A stretch of DNA of 63,819 nucleotides, filler included, from Hyphochytrium catenoides (lineage: Eukaryota; Protista; Hyphochytriomycota), in NCBI GenBank assembly GCA_900088475.1. It is 12 parts of 12 records of this genome, joined end to end, with 100 filler letters (N's around TTAATTAATTAA, not from the genome) between each part and the next. Parts side by side here need not be neighbours in the genome. Positions count along the whole stretch, not along the records: positions 33,130 to 46,124 come from FLMG01002616.1; positions 46,225 to 48,410 come from FLMG01001839.1; 10 more parts are not named here. One strand, written 5' to 3'. Numbering within the stretch: the stretch's first letter is position 1; every line of letters begins with the position of its first letter. Shown piece by piece: positions 34,726-46,741 of the stretch. The notes beneath the pieces were generated by a model. That model made no database searches. It had not been told where the DNA came from and saw only the letters and a program-made list of their open reading frames with translations. Made by a program: the position numbers and the translations under genes.

Positions 34726-36969
34726 CTAGGCTCTATAGCCCTCGACTGCGGGAGAAGAAGAGAGAGAGGTTGGCATAGGACACGCCTCCAGGTTCGGCCG
34801 CTTGACTCTTCCTGAGTGTAGATCCTCACAGATGCCGATCCTCTTTCTCATATTCTTTCCCTGCTCTGTCTCTTTCCCATCCTTGTCATACATATACACT
34901 GTGTACTGGTCATAGTCCTCGTAGAGCGCGTTCTCTCTCTCCCAGGAGAGACCCGCGATCATCCAGTACATCCAATACTCTTTGTTCTTGCAGACGTGGT
35001 AAGAGAAACAGTCATAATAGTCCTCTCTCTCTCTTGATACCTTTCTCTCCGAAGGAAAGCCCTTTGGCACCGTCAGGCCAAACTCTTCAAAGACAACGGG
35101 CTTTCCGACGTCTCTCCCAATCTGCAGATGGTCATAGATCCAGTTCACGATCCACTGCACGGTCCTGTCCCAGTTGTTAGCATAAGCGTGGACCGTGCCA
35201 AAGTCAATATGCTTGAGCTTCATCAGCGCCTCAAAGTCTCCATGTTTGCCGTCATAGCCAAAGTTATCGCCTGCATTCTTGGGCATCATGGGAATGTACC
35301 GGAGATTATGGAACTTTGACCGTGAGTTAGCGGCGTTGAGAAAGCCTTCGTCGCCCACGGCGATCATTTGCTTGGCCTTGAGATCTACGCGGAGATACGT
35401 GGACATCTCATCGGCCCAATTCACTAGTGTTTGCGCCGAACAGCGGCTGCTTTTTCTCGTGCAGCTGGGGCACGCAGGGCAAGTGTCGGAATCAGCGCAG
35501 CCTTCACAGCGGATCTCATTGATGAGTTCCCAGGCGAAGATGGCTGGCTCTTCTCTATATCTGACACCTGTCAAGGCATTCTTCCTCTCCAACAGATACT
35601 TCGCCCACTTCTTATACTCTTTCTTCGCGGCAGGCTCCGTGAAGTACATGTCTCTATTTTCATGTCCCAGCCACGCGTTGACCTGCTCTAGCCCGCCAAA
35701 GTCTGCCCAATTGTTCGTGAGCACCATGAGAAGAAAGAGACCGTTCTCTTTCGCCTTGGCCACGGCGTAGTCCAAGAGCTGCATGCCGTTTGCTCCTTCG
35801 TTCACATGGCTTGTCTTCTTCTCATAGTCGAAGTATTGGAAGTAGAACTGCCCGGCTCTGGGGTCTTTGGGGTTGATTCCTCCTTCGGAGAAGTTTGTCC
35901 TCAGGTCAGGCTTGGCGCCAACCTGGCCGAAGGCCCAGGTCCGGATGACCTTGGCGCCCATGGCTTTGGCATTCTCTATCACCGAGTCGATCATCTTCTT
36001 CTCACGTTGACCAAGATAATAGTTGTTTGTCCCTGAGAAGAGGAATTTCTCTCCCTGATAGACAAAGCCACCCTGGCGGTCTGCTTGGACAAAGTCGGAG
36101 GGAGAGAAAGAGGAAGGAGAGGCTAGGGGAGAAGGAGAGAGAGAAGGAGTCGTGTCTTCTTCTTCTTCTTCTTCTTCTTTTTTCTGCTTTCCTTTCTTAT
36201 CGTCCTTAGAAAGTGAGGGAGAAGGAGGAGGTGTCTCTTCTTCTTCATAGTCACTCTTTGTTGTTCCCTTCTTCTTCTTATCATCCACCGTAGGAGAAGA
36301 TCCTGGCGTCTCTTCATCTTCTCTCTTCTCTGTTCCCTTGTTGTCCTTCTTCGTAGTGGAAGGAGCAGGGGCCGACGGCAAGGGAGAGACATTTGGAGAT
36401 GAAGAGCTAACCTTCGGAGCCGGAGGGAGAGAGACTGGACGAGAGACGTGAGGCGGTGGTGAAGGAGAAGGGTAAGAGACACCAGGAACCGGAACCTTCG
36501 CATCCTGTGGCTTTTCTTCCTCATCTGGGCAATCTGACTCGTCTTTCTTCCCCTTGGGAGCCGAAGAGGAAGGTTTCTGTGTCTTATGCTCTCGGTCGTT
36601 TGGAGGAGGAGACGGGAGCGGAGAGAAAGAAGAGGAAGAGAGAGGTCTGCACTGGCTGTACCATGGATTCACGGCCTGGCACTTGAGACCGTCCGCACAG
36701 CACTGCTTTCCGAAGAAGAGACGGCCGCCACACTGCTGCCAGAGCTTCCCACAGGCACCTGGATCCTGGGCCAAGCAATGAGAGAAAGACTTGCTGGTCT
36801 TTACGCAGAAGAGGCCATCTTCGCATGGTTTGGAGCCCGTCTGTCTCTCTCCATGGCCACACTGTCCTCCGATGGGGACCTTACTCGTGGTCTCTCCCTG
36901 TTGAGCACAGGAGAGTAGAGCTCCAAGAGTTAAGAGAAAAGAGAGACGAGAGATTGGGATGAGCTGCAT
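34726..36969 (-). CDS. Secreted GH5 (subfamily 7-like) endo-1,4-beta-mannanase with two N-terminal CBM1-like modules
   Basis: Signal peptide; CBM1 motif WQQCGG...CCADGLKC...NPWYSQC plus a divergent copy; P/S/K/E linker. Catalytic-domain motifs GTNNYYL, IRTWAF, LTNNWADFGG, WELINE (acid/base), GDEGF and VFEEFG (nucleophile). Intronless, 747 aa. Confidence 0.93.
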   Translation of the reverse strand: MQLIPISRLSFLLTLGALLSCAQQGETTSKVPIGGQCGHGERQTGSKPCEDGLFCVKTSKSFSHCLAQDPGACGKLWQQCGGRLFFGKQCCADGLKCQAVNPWYSQCRPLSSSSFSPLPSPPPNDREHKTQKPSSSAPKGKKDESDCPDEEEKPQDAKVPVPGVSYPSPSPPPHVSRPVSLPPAPKVSSSSPNVSPLPSAPAPSTTKKDNKGTEKREDEETPGSSPTVDDKKKKGTTKSDYEEEETPPPSPSLSKDDKKGKQKKEEEEEEEDTTPSLSPSPLASPSSFSPSDFVQADRQGGFVYQGEKFLFSGTNNYYLGQREKKMIDSVIENAKAMGAKVIRTWAFGQVGAKPDLRTNFSEGGINPKDPRAGQFYFQYFDYEKKTSHVNEGANGMQLLDYAVAKAKENGLFLLMVLTNNWADFGGLEQVNAWLGHENRDMYFTEPAAKKEYKKWAKYLLERKNALTGVRYREEPAIFAWELINEIRCEGCADSDTCPACPSCTRKSSRCSAQTLVNWADEMSTYLRVDLKAKQMIAVGDEGFLNAANSRSKFHNLRYIPMMPKNAGDNFGYDGKHGDFEALMKLKHIDFGTVHAYANNWDRTVQWIVNWIYDHLQIGRDVGKPVVFEEFGLTVPKGFPSERKVSREREDYYDCFSYHVCKNKEYWMYWMIAGLSWERENALYEDYDQYTVYMYDKDGKETEQGKNMRKRIGICEDLHSGRVKRPNLEACPMPTSLSSSPAVEGYRA

Positions 36970-37145
36970 GGTTCAGTGATAGAAGAGGAGAAGAGAGAGA
37001 GGAGAGAGTGACAGAGAGAAAGAGAGGAAAATGATGGGGAAAAGATTGAAGTGGAAGTTGATAAAGGCAGAGACAGTTGGCCTATGGCTCGAGAAGATGA
37101 GAAGAGAAAAGTGAAGAGAAGAGACAGAAGTCTAACGTTTCCTTC

Positions 37146-37152
37146 TTTTATA
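37146..37152 (-). promoter_or_regulatory. Candidate TATA box of the mannanase gene
   Basis: Minus strand reads CTATAAAAGAAGG about 180 bp upstream of the ATG at 36969. Confidence 0.45.
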
Positions 37153-37318
37153 GAGAAGAGCTTCACGGTTTCCCTCTCTCTTTCAGAGCAACATTGGCCT
37201 CGACCTCTACCCTGCTCGGGACCGCGCGGCGGGTCTTCTCCCTTCTTCTAAAGAAAAATCAGAATGCCGGGCAGGGAATCCTAGAGCCTTTAGAGCAGAC
37301 GAAGCAGATGCGATAATG

Positions 37319-37356
<38 letters not shown>

Positions 37357-37602
37357 CCAGAAAAGCAATGACTACTAGGGACTAAGAGCAAAGCAGTCGT
37401 GAGATTATAAGAGAGGGAGAGAGAGGGAGAGAGAGAAAGGGAAGAAAGCTAGCTATATCTTGTTCTCGGGAGACGATGATGCACGTTGAAAGAGATGCGG
37501 ACGCACCAGGTAGTCTCTGAAGTCGAGAGGTAGCCATTCCGTGTATCTACTCTCTCTGCCAAGGCCCCTCTTCATAATGTCGTGCCGTAGTCTCTTTCCT
37601 CT

Positions 37603-37648
<46 letters not shown>

Positions 37649-38439
37649 CTCTCTCTGCATGTGCTATGCTCAGGGGAACAGGGATGATTCCTGGATCTCT
37701 CTGGCTCTCCCCTGACAAGCAGGAGAGAGTCGGAAGCCTATTTCCCCGGAAACACAGAACTTGAAGCCGTAACAGGAAAGGCGAACAGGGAAGAAGGACA
37801 AACCAAGGGGAGAGAGAGAGAGAGAGAGAGAGAGAAAGAAAGAAGGGAGAAAGAGAGAGAAAGGGAGGGAGAGAGAGGGAGACAGAGAAAGAATAATAGG
37901 TCATCTTCGGTTTTTGAGGCCCTGTCTCTTTCTTGTGGCTCCTGATCACCGGCTTTCGACAAGGGAGAGACGTACACCATGCGGACTCAGACATTTCTAG
38001 TACAACTTCTCTCTCCTCTCTCCTCTCTCTCTCTCTTTCTTACTCTCTCTCTCACCCTCTTAGGACTACTCTTGTTGCTCGTTTGCTAGCATTCAGTTCG
38101 ACTCTGTCCATCTTATTCCTTCCTTTAGTCTCTCTCTCTCTCTCGCTCTTAATGATTTCTTCTCTCCTGCTCTCACTCTCAGTTCTTCACTCGCACTTCT
38201 GCTGTCATTTCTTGATCATCTCTCCCTCTTTCTCTTTCTCTTTCTTTCTCTCTTTCTTCTCTCTCTTTTTCCTCGCTCTTTCTCTTTCTCTCTCTCTTTC
38301 TCTCTCTCTTTTTCTCTCTCTTTTTCTCTCTCTTTTTCTTACTCTTTCTCTCTTTCTCTCTCTGTCTGTCCGTTCTCTCTGTCCTCTCTCTCTCTGTGAT
38401 GTGTGTTTGTGAGATCGATTGACGGGGCCAACCGTCTTA

Positions 38440-38905
38440 GCACAATTTATTAACTTTTAATACGGTTTTATGAAAGGTCAGCCATCTTAAAAAATCCAAA
38501 ATATGAGAGAATTCCTTGCCCTTTATTTGTAAAGATAGCGATCGTATCCAGAAGTTGACGAAAGAAATGTTGAGAAAGACTTATAATATGCTCAAAACTA
38601 TGTGTGTGACAAGTACAGCAAAACGGTATCGTAAAACCTTATTTTAGCTAAAGAGTCCTATTGAGGCATTGTCGCATAAGAACTAAAGTTATCTATGCGT
38701 GTAACTATAATACAAATAAATAAATCTAAAACTTTATTATAATACTTAAACCAAGTAAATTCCTAAAAGTTCTAATAAAAGTAAGCCTTGTTATTATACG
38801 CATGTTTTCTTATATAATCTTCGGACACTAGTTGTTTTTCTCTAAATACTATAGAATAATGACAAAGACTTATCTTTTATAATTCTATTGAGAAAAAAAA
38901 AAAGC
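38440..38905. other. AT-rich island (candidate centromere or organellar insert)
   Basis: Hand count gives 123 G+C in 420 nt for 38461-38880 (~29%) and 15% in 38701-38760, against roughly 50% elsewhere. No ORF of 60 aa or more. Confidence 0.5.
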
Positions 38906-38964
38906 GTTGTTCGACGGCTTTGTCAGTCATCATCGAGACCTAAGAAATAAAAGGAAAAGAGACG

Positions 38965-39016
38965 GGTTAAGAGAGAGAGAGAGAGAGAGAAAAAGAGAGA
39001 GAGAGAAAGAGAGAGA

Positions 39017-39099
<83 letters not shown>

Positions 39100-39100
39100 A
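38965..39100. repeat. Compound (GA)n(GT)n(GA)n microsatellite
   Basis: Directly visible dinucleotide runs. Confidence 0.9.
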
Positions 39101-39964
39101 ACGCATGAAGAGAAAGAGTACCATACGGTTCTAATGGTACGAGCGGAGAGAAGAGAAGGACATGGAGAGACAATAGAGAGCCTCAAGAAGAAAGAGACTG
39201 ATAAGACACGTGGACAGGAAGGAGGAGAGACAACAAGAGAGCAGAGAAGGCGAGAGTAGAAAAGCCATTGTTAGGATAACAAGCAAGTAGACAGTTTGAC
39301 ACTCGGAGAATTAGGCTCTCCGAATAGTACTCCTGTCACCTACACCAATGGTAATGATCACCTTTCTATCCGCTATTGGAGACAATCAGCTAGACGTTCA
39401 CCTCTATTTAGGAAGGTAACTCTACTGCTACTCTCAGTCTCGCGGAATCGTTAACTCACTGTCTGCGTCATGTAGGGTCATCGCGCCATAGAACTAACTA
39501 AAGAGAAAGCCTGCTAAAGTCAGCAATGCAAGAGAGCTACGGTCAAGTGCCCTCTTAGACTCTGAGATCAACTCTACAGCTCTGCAGTCAGCTGTTCCAG
39601 CGGTCTTAGCCCTGCCTGCAGCAGTGCCAAACCGTAGTTCTTTACACAGATGTATCAGCTATGAGCTATCAGCATTAGGATGTATAATACTAGGGCATCC
39701 ACCCAAATAACGAGGAGATACGAAGCTGAACATGGAGTTGCCGGAAATAGCCAATTTTGACCAGAAGTAAGGATACTTTTATCCGACTTTAACTAACATA
39801 TCCAAGAGGTTTCGTTGCTCTTATACAACAAGAAATACCTCTGTCGAAAGGAAGAAAAGAACCCTTTATGTCGACGTTGACCAGACGTATTCGAATATGA
39901 TGGGGTTCTCCTAAAACAGTACACTAGAATACTATCTTCTGTCTCTTTGCGCTCGCTTCGCTCT

Positions 39965-40014
<50 letters not shown>

Positions 40015-40028
40015 TCTTTCCTTTTCTT

Positions 40029-40066
<38 letters not shown>

Positions 40067-41227
40067 CCTCTTTCCTTTTCTTTGTCTCTCTCCTCTTTCT
40101 CTCTCTGTCTTTTCCTTCTCTTCTTCTCGCTCTCTCTGGCTGCGTCTACATCTTCGTGAGTTCCCTGGCACCTGTCTCTTCCTCGTGTTTCTCCGTCTTC
40201 TCGCTTTTGTTAGACCCCACCGGTCCCGTTCTCAATTCTTGCTCTGATCTTTCATGTTCCCTCTATCTCTGTCTCTCTTGTCCTTCAACTGTATCTCCGT
40301 CTCTCACTTCTCTGTCTCTCAAACTGGATTTGCTATTCATTGAGCCCTTCTTTCCTGCTTATTAACAGTAGGAAGGAAAGGGAGACAAGCACCTCTTCAG
40401 TGTTCTCTCTCGTCTTTCTTTCGCATTATCCCCACGCTCCTGCCCTGGTATTATTTAGCATTTACTTACTTCACTCACGCTTCCTTCCTCTTTCTCTCTC
40501 TTTCTCCTCTCTCTTTTTTATTTTTGTCGGCTTCTCTCCTTCTAGTAGCACTTACGGGGCTGCTTCTTCCTCTCCATTGATCCTGTGTCCACTCTCTCTT
40601 CTCTCTTTGGCAGCCCTCGCAGACCGTGGATCCCGGGCCGTGTCTGCTTCTTCCCTCTTTCTTCCTGGACTAGTACTCCTCGGCCGGCGCAGCTTTCTCT
40701 CTTTCTCCTTCGCTTCAACTGGGCGTCTCTTTCCCTTTTTTTCCCAATGCTGTTGGTTTAGCCAGTGGAGAGAGAGTACTTGTCTCCTTTCATAAATTTC
40801 CATGTCTCCAACTAAATGGGAGAAAGAGAGAAAAAGAGCAAAGAGGAGAAGAGACAAAAAGAGAGAAGCTCGCCTATTTTTTCTAAGACAACGTGGCCAG
40901 TCTCTGCAGTTTGTTTTCTTTCTTAGCGCTACGAGTACTATCAAAAGGGAACGCAGAGGAAGAGAAAATGGAGCAAGAGGAGAATAAAGAGAGAGAGAGA
41001 GAAAGGACAGCTAGACGAAAAGGAGGAGAGAGAGAGAGGCATTAAGATAGAGTTCTATGTGTAGCCTGACTGGATCTATTCTTGATTTCCTATAGTTTCT
41101 TCAATACCGTCTCTCTCTCGCACACACTCTCTCTCCCCACCTCTCTCTCTCTCTTTTTCTCTCTCTCTCGTGCTATCTCTCTCGGTATTCTTTCTACTCA
41201 CTGTCTATCCTACTACTCTCTTCCGGT

Positions 41228-44200
41228 TCACTTCTGCTTCTTCGTTAGAACGGTTCTTGGTCCTCTAGGTGTCGACCAAGCTTGATAGAGAAGAGAGAAG
41301 AGAAGGAGAAAGTGGCAGCCTTGGAGGAGAGAAGAGGAGAGAGGTGTCGCGGGATAGACGTTGTACGCGTACTCTATTCCTCCCATGAGTCCGAGCTTTA
41401 TGAGAAAGGGAAGAGAGGTTTGCCAGAGAAGAAAGGGGAGAGAGTGATAGTACCAACCTGGAAAACACACCCGCAGAGAGAGAGAGAGAGAGAGAATGGG
41501 AGAGACAGAGAGGGAAAGGAGAGAGAGAGGGAGGGAGAGACAGAGCGAGAAAGGAGAGAGAAAGAGCGAGAGAGGGAGAGAGAGGAGACAGGGTTATTCA
41601 TAGCCTACAATGGAGACAGAGAGAAAGACATGTGGAGTAGCAGAAGGGAGCTAATCTGAACAGGAGAAAGAGAGCTTTTTCTGCAAATAGTGAAGAGGAA
41701 CTGAGCCAGATATAGAGAGAACAGCGAAGAGACAGAGAGAGAAGTATGAAAAAAAGAACCGAAGAGACAGGAGAGAGGGAGAGAGAGAGAGGGGCACAAG
41801 AAAGAGCTTCGGAGAGACACAGACGGGAGAGAGAGGCACGAAGAGAGACAGAAAGTAGCACTTACAATAAAACTGATAATGGATCGTCCTGGCAAAGCAG
41901 ATGCCAATGAAGTTACTAATGAAGAGAATCGCTGTCACAACGGAGGGAGAGACTCGCCGTGTCCCTTTCTTCCCTTTCTCCTTTCCTCCTCTTCGAGGAG
42001 CTTCTCCTCTCAAGGCTTTGGTCCAACGAAGGAGGAAGAATGCGAGGAAGAGAAGATGAAGACAAAGCAACGTCAAGGCGAAACTTTTGCTGAGGAAAAC
42101 CTGTCCGGAAAATGTGAGAGGGAGAGAGAAGGAGAGAAGGGATAACGGGAGGATTAAGAGAGAGAGAGTGTGATGGTTAAGGCTATACGGGATGAGGAGC
42201 TCTTAAGTGGTTCTTGACAATTTCTCTCTCTTTCTCTGACTCACACGAGAAGGTTCATGTTCTCTCGCATTCCCTTATGCCTTGCTGCGCAATTTCCGAA
42301 GATTCTCCACTAGTGTGATGTCTTCTAAGAAGCATCTTAGCAAGCAATCTCCCTATCTCTCCGTTTGTGTCTCTTTATTCTTTTCTTCCACATTCTCTTC
42401 CCAAGTCGCTGATTTGAGTCGTTTCCTCTTCTTTTTCTTCCTCAGTCTCTCTTCGTCCATTCAACTCCTCCTTTCTTCTAGCCTGCTGACCGTCAAAAGC
42501 TCCTCCGTCATCGCAATCTGATCACCTCATCTTAAGGGTTTGTTTCCCTCTCTCTCTCTCTCTCTCTCGCTTTATTTCTCACACTCTCTCCCCTTCCCCA
42601 CTTGTTCTCTCTCTCTCTGTATCCTCTTTCCCTGTCTTTTACCCCTCACTCGGCCTCACCTCTTCAGGGAGAAACTTCCAGTTGACGGTCCATTTGAACA
42701 TAAAAACACGGCTGAGCTCAAACGCTTTGGCGAGGTAGCTCAACCAGTTCTCCCAAAGGAAAGGAACAGCTAGGACGACCTAACAAAAAGGGATGCAGAG
42801 AGAGAGAGAGAGAGCAGAAGAGAGAGTATCGCGGGTTATCAGTGAGAGAGAGAGGGAAAGAGAGAGCTGACAGGAGGAAAAACCGAGGGAGCGAGAGGGA
42901 AGAAGAGCCAGCGAAAGATGCAAAGAGAAAGAAGAGAGAGAGAGAAAAAAAGAGAGTAGATAGGTAGGAGAGGAGAGAAAAAGAGAGAGAACAGGTATAC
43001 TAGGCTTTAGCTTAGAAGCAATAAGTGTTTTACATCGTTCGATATCAGTCCCAGTTGGCTCAAAAAGATGGAAGAGTGGCAGAGAAAGAGAAGGGAAGAC
43101 ATGAAGGAGTGAGACGCATCTTTAAAAAAAGTTTTCTAAAGAAAGCCCCGAAGCGAGGCAAAAGATTAGGACTAAGGGCACAGATGAAGGAAAGATGGAG
43201 TGAGAAGCAATGACGAACAGAGAGCCAAGATAATCAAAAACAGAGAAGAGGGAGAGAGGGAAGAGAAGAGAGAGGAGATAAAGTTAGAGAGAGAAAGAGA
43301 GACAAAAGAGTGCGTCAGACCTGTACGCTGGCACAGATCATGAGCTTTGGAATCGTCCTCAGAGGCCCCAAGGCCCAGAGCAGGAGGAGGAGCAGGCCAG
43401 GAGCAAAGAGAAGAACGTTCATCTTTATGGACACAGCCAGGGAATATATGAAACATCCTAAGCTCCACTAGGGGCGCGCGCGCGCGCGAGAGAGAGAGAG
43501 AAAGAGAGAGAGACAGCAAGCGAGAGAGAGAGAGAGACAGCAAGTGAGAGAGAGAGAGAGAGAGAGATGATTTCAGAAGTGAAGAAAGCATAAAAATAGG
43601 AATGAGGAGGTTCGAAAGAGGGAAGTGGAGAGGAAGGAAGGAAAGGAAGAGAAGAGTGTGAGGAAATAAGGAAACAGGAGACGGATGTCAGAGTTACGCA
43701 GCCAACACCTAGAATGAGGAGAGAGAGGCACAGGGAAGGGGTAGAAGAGTGTGACAGTTCACTAAGGGGAGAAAGTGCCTAGTGAAGGAGAGAAAGAGTG
43801 ATAGAGATAGAGCCGACATACAGACAGAAAGAGAGAGAGAGATTGTGTGAAGAGAGAGATAAAGGAAGGAGAAGAGAGTTATGGAAAGGAGAGACTTGGA
43901 AGAAGAGGGGGACGGAAACAAGAAGACGTCACCTTACCCTGTTCCTTGTAAAAAAGAATATTGAAAGGTAAGCCAAGAACATCGCAACGCAGTCGTTGAA
44001 GAGACGGAGCAGAAAGAGAGAGTGAACTCGTTTAGAGAGAGAGAGAAGAAAGAGAACGTAAGGAGGTGTAGCTCCACTCTCTCTATAGATCTTGAAGACC
44101 GTGAAGGTGGTCAAGAGATAGAGGCAGAACCATATCTGCTGCGCTAAAGCAAGGAGACAGTGCCACAGAAGTCAGAACACGTGGGTTAGATTGGCAAGAA

Positions 44201-45333
44201 TGGAGATGAACAGCTCTCAAAAGTTAGGAAAAGTTAGACAGCAGAGAGAGAGAGAAAGAGAGAAATAGAAAGAAAGGAAGTCAAAGAGAGAGAGAGAGAG
44301 AGAGCGCAAAGAGCGAGCAGCGAAAAGGAGGGAGAAGGGAAGGGGGTGAACAAGGGAGAGAGAGAGAAAGAGGTGAGAGGGAATAGAGATCAGCCAAGGA
44401 AGGGCTCAGGAGAGGACCAAATAGAGAGAGAAAGGACCAACCTGCAAGAGCAAAGCAGGGGAGAGAGAACGAGAGAGAACGTGAGAAATATGTGTTTTGG
44501 TGTGAGAGAGAGAGCGAGAGAGAGAGAGAGAGAGACAATAAATTCCTACCCTTAAATATATTTGTCCCCTGATCTGTGAAGGCTCTGAAGAGCATGAAGA
44601 GATAGACGAAGCCGGCAGGATAGACCAGAGGACCGGTGTCTCCCCTCAGCTTTTGATAGTCCCATTCTCCTCCCAGCACGCCCTCCACCTCCTGCATGTA
44701 AGCACGCCAGTCAATCTCCGTGTCTGGGTAGCAGAAGAGAGAGAAGGTCAGCTACGAAAGAAAGAGAGAGAGAGAGAGGACATGTGACAGACATTGCCGG
44801 GAATGAGGAGAGGAAATAGATAGAGGGATAGAGACAACTGTAGACTCACACGAGACAGAGAGAGAGAGAGAAAGAGAGAGACGGGAGAGAGAGAGAGGGA
44901 GACATGTAGGGCGAGAGAGAGAAATATACAGAGAGAAGGAACCAAAGAAAGATTGAGAGAAAGAAGGAAACGAGAGTGGGAGTTCGCGAGAGTCACACAA
45001 AAGGGACAAATGAAGGACGACCAAGCCCTAAAACGCGTAGTCTAAGTGAAAGAGAGACTAAGAGAAAGAAGAAAGAGAGAGAGAGAGGGAGAAAGAGAGA
45101 AAGAAAGAGTTTCAGGCTAAAGAGAGAAATTTCAAATAGCAGACCAGAGTGAGAGCTTCAACTGAAGGTTACCTATTGCTTCTCTCTAAGAGAGGAGACT
45201 GAGGCTAGTGGTACGTACATGGGACGCGCTGAATAATCATCTGGCCGAGGAAAGCCTCAGCGGCAAGCAGGAGGCCCGCCATCAAAGGGAAGTACTTCCA
45301 TTGAAGGAGAACATTCCGGAAAAGCGTGTACAT
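41228..45333 (-). CDS. ALG3: Dol-P-Man:Man5GlcNAc2-PP-Dol alpha-1,3-mannosyltransferase (7 exons)
   Basis: GT-AG exons give VP|[77 protein letters not shown] and NVYPAT. The C-terminal KKQK is a dilysine ER-retrieval signal. Confidence 0.95.
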
Positions 45334-45809
45334 TCTCCTCTCTCTCTCTCTCAGCTCTACCTCCTAGCTTGCCTCTTTCTAATGAATCGCCGCTTCACTC
45401 TCGTGATCGTGTGGCAGTGTACGGCACTGAGTTCTATGGATGAGCTCTTCCTTCTTAGACGACCGTGCGCCTCGTCATGCTCTGCATCAGCCACAGATAA
45501 TGGAAGATCGGAGCTGTAGGTGCCTGCCGCGTCCGGGTTCCCGATGACAAAGCTTCAGAAATCAAAATCTTATCTTAACCTGGGCAGATAGCGACAATAT
45601 TAGGTCTACCACAATTTTTCGTGTGTGAGTGAATGAATGAAGACTATTCTTACCAGGCGTCAGTATGATTATATGCTTGTTGGAGACTTACAAGCAAAAG
45701 GACTTATATGTAATACGAGTAAATAAGGCATATTGGGGAGAGCTGAGAACCAAAGTTGTCCTTATGTTTGTACCAAGTTTCTCAATGACGACGACTTCAT
45801 GGCTACTGC

Positions 45810-46124
45810 CTCTTCTCCTTCTTGTTTTCATCTTCTGTTCATCTTCTCTTCATCCTCTTCATCTCCTCTTCATCTTCTGTTCATCTTCATCTTCTGTTCG
45901 TCTTCATCTTCTCTTCATCTTCTGTTCATCTCCATCTTCTTCTTCATCTTCTCTTCATCTTCTGTTCATCTTCTGTTCGTCTCCATCTTCTGTTCATCTT
46001 CTGTTCGTCTCCATCTTCTTCTTCATCTTCTGTTCATCTTCATCTTCTCTTCATCTTCTGTTCGTCTCCATCTTCTTCTTCATCTTCTCTTCATCTTCTG
46101 TTCATCTCCATCTTCTGTTCATCT
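45810..46124. repeat. Minisatellite built on CATCTTCT(G/C)TT 11-mers, running into a gap
   Basis: Tandem CATCTTCTGTT, CATCTTCTCTT and CGTCTCCATCTTCTT variants. Confidence 0.9.
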
Positions 46125-46741
46125 NNNNNNNNNNNNNNNNNNNNNNNNNNNNNNNNNNNNNNNNNNNNTTAATTAATTAANNNNNNNNNNNNNNNNNNNN
46201 NNNNNNNNNNNNNNNNNNNNNNNNGTCTCAGGGCCATGAATTTGGTAGCGCGTCATCGAAGCGCTCAATCTCTGCAGATCACGCATTATTTCAACACCGA
46301 GCTGCTGGAGGATTCTCGGATTCTGGCCTTAGTCCTGGCATAGTATCAAAGAGGGCGATGTCTGTTAGCGGCCCTACCCCAACACAGGTCCTTACTCGCA
46401 CATTCTGCGCCTTCCCTCGCTCTCTCTCGGTGTCGCACATCTTTTCCCTGTCCTTGCATTCCGTTGAGTTTATTCTCATTCACGCCTGCGTGGGACAAGT
46501 GCCAGAACATTTGCACAGGCATGATAGCCTATACCATCTCACTCGCAAGATACGGCACCCATACACGCAGTGACTAGCTTTCGTGTGATTCAGCGTTGTA
46601 CCTATTCATCGGTGTGGTGATGGCGACCTTGCTCCCACACTTAGGTTTTGACGTGCTAGAGCCATTCTCCAACCCTTTCTACTGTGTATTATCTGCCTCT
46701 GACACCTCCACCATCTGCACCTTTGGTTCCTTTACTCTCAG

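Noticed and set aside
21493-36969. Stop-codon reassignment (TAG or TGA as sense)
   Set aside because: The long myosin and GH5 frames contain no internal TAG or TGA, and TAA, TAG and TGA all end genes here. In-frame stops occur only in decayed elements.
39290-39930. Non-microsatellite segment with a small hairpin, as a possible ncRNA or TE
   Set aside because: No recognisable RNA family motif or protein similarity, and the stem is short.
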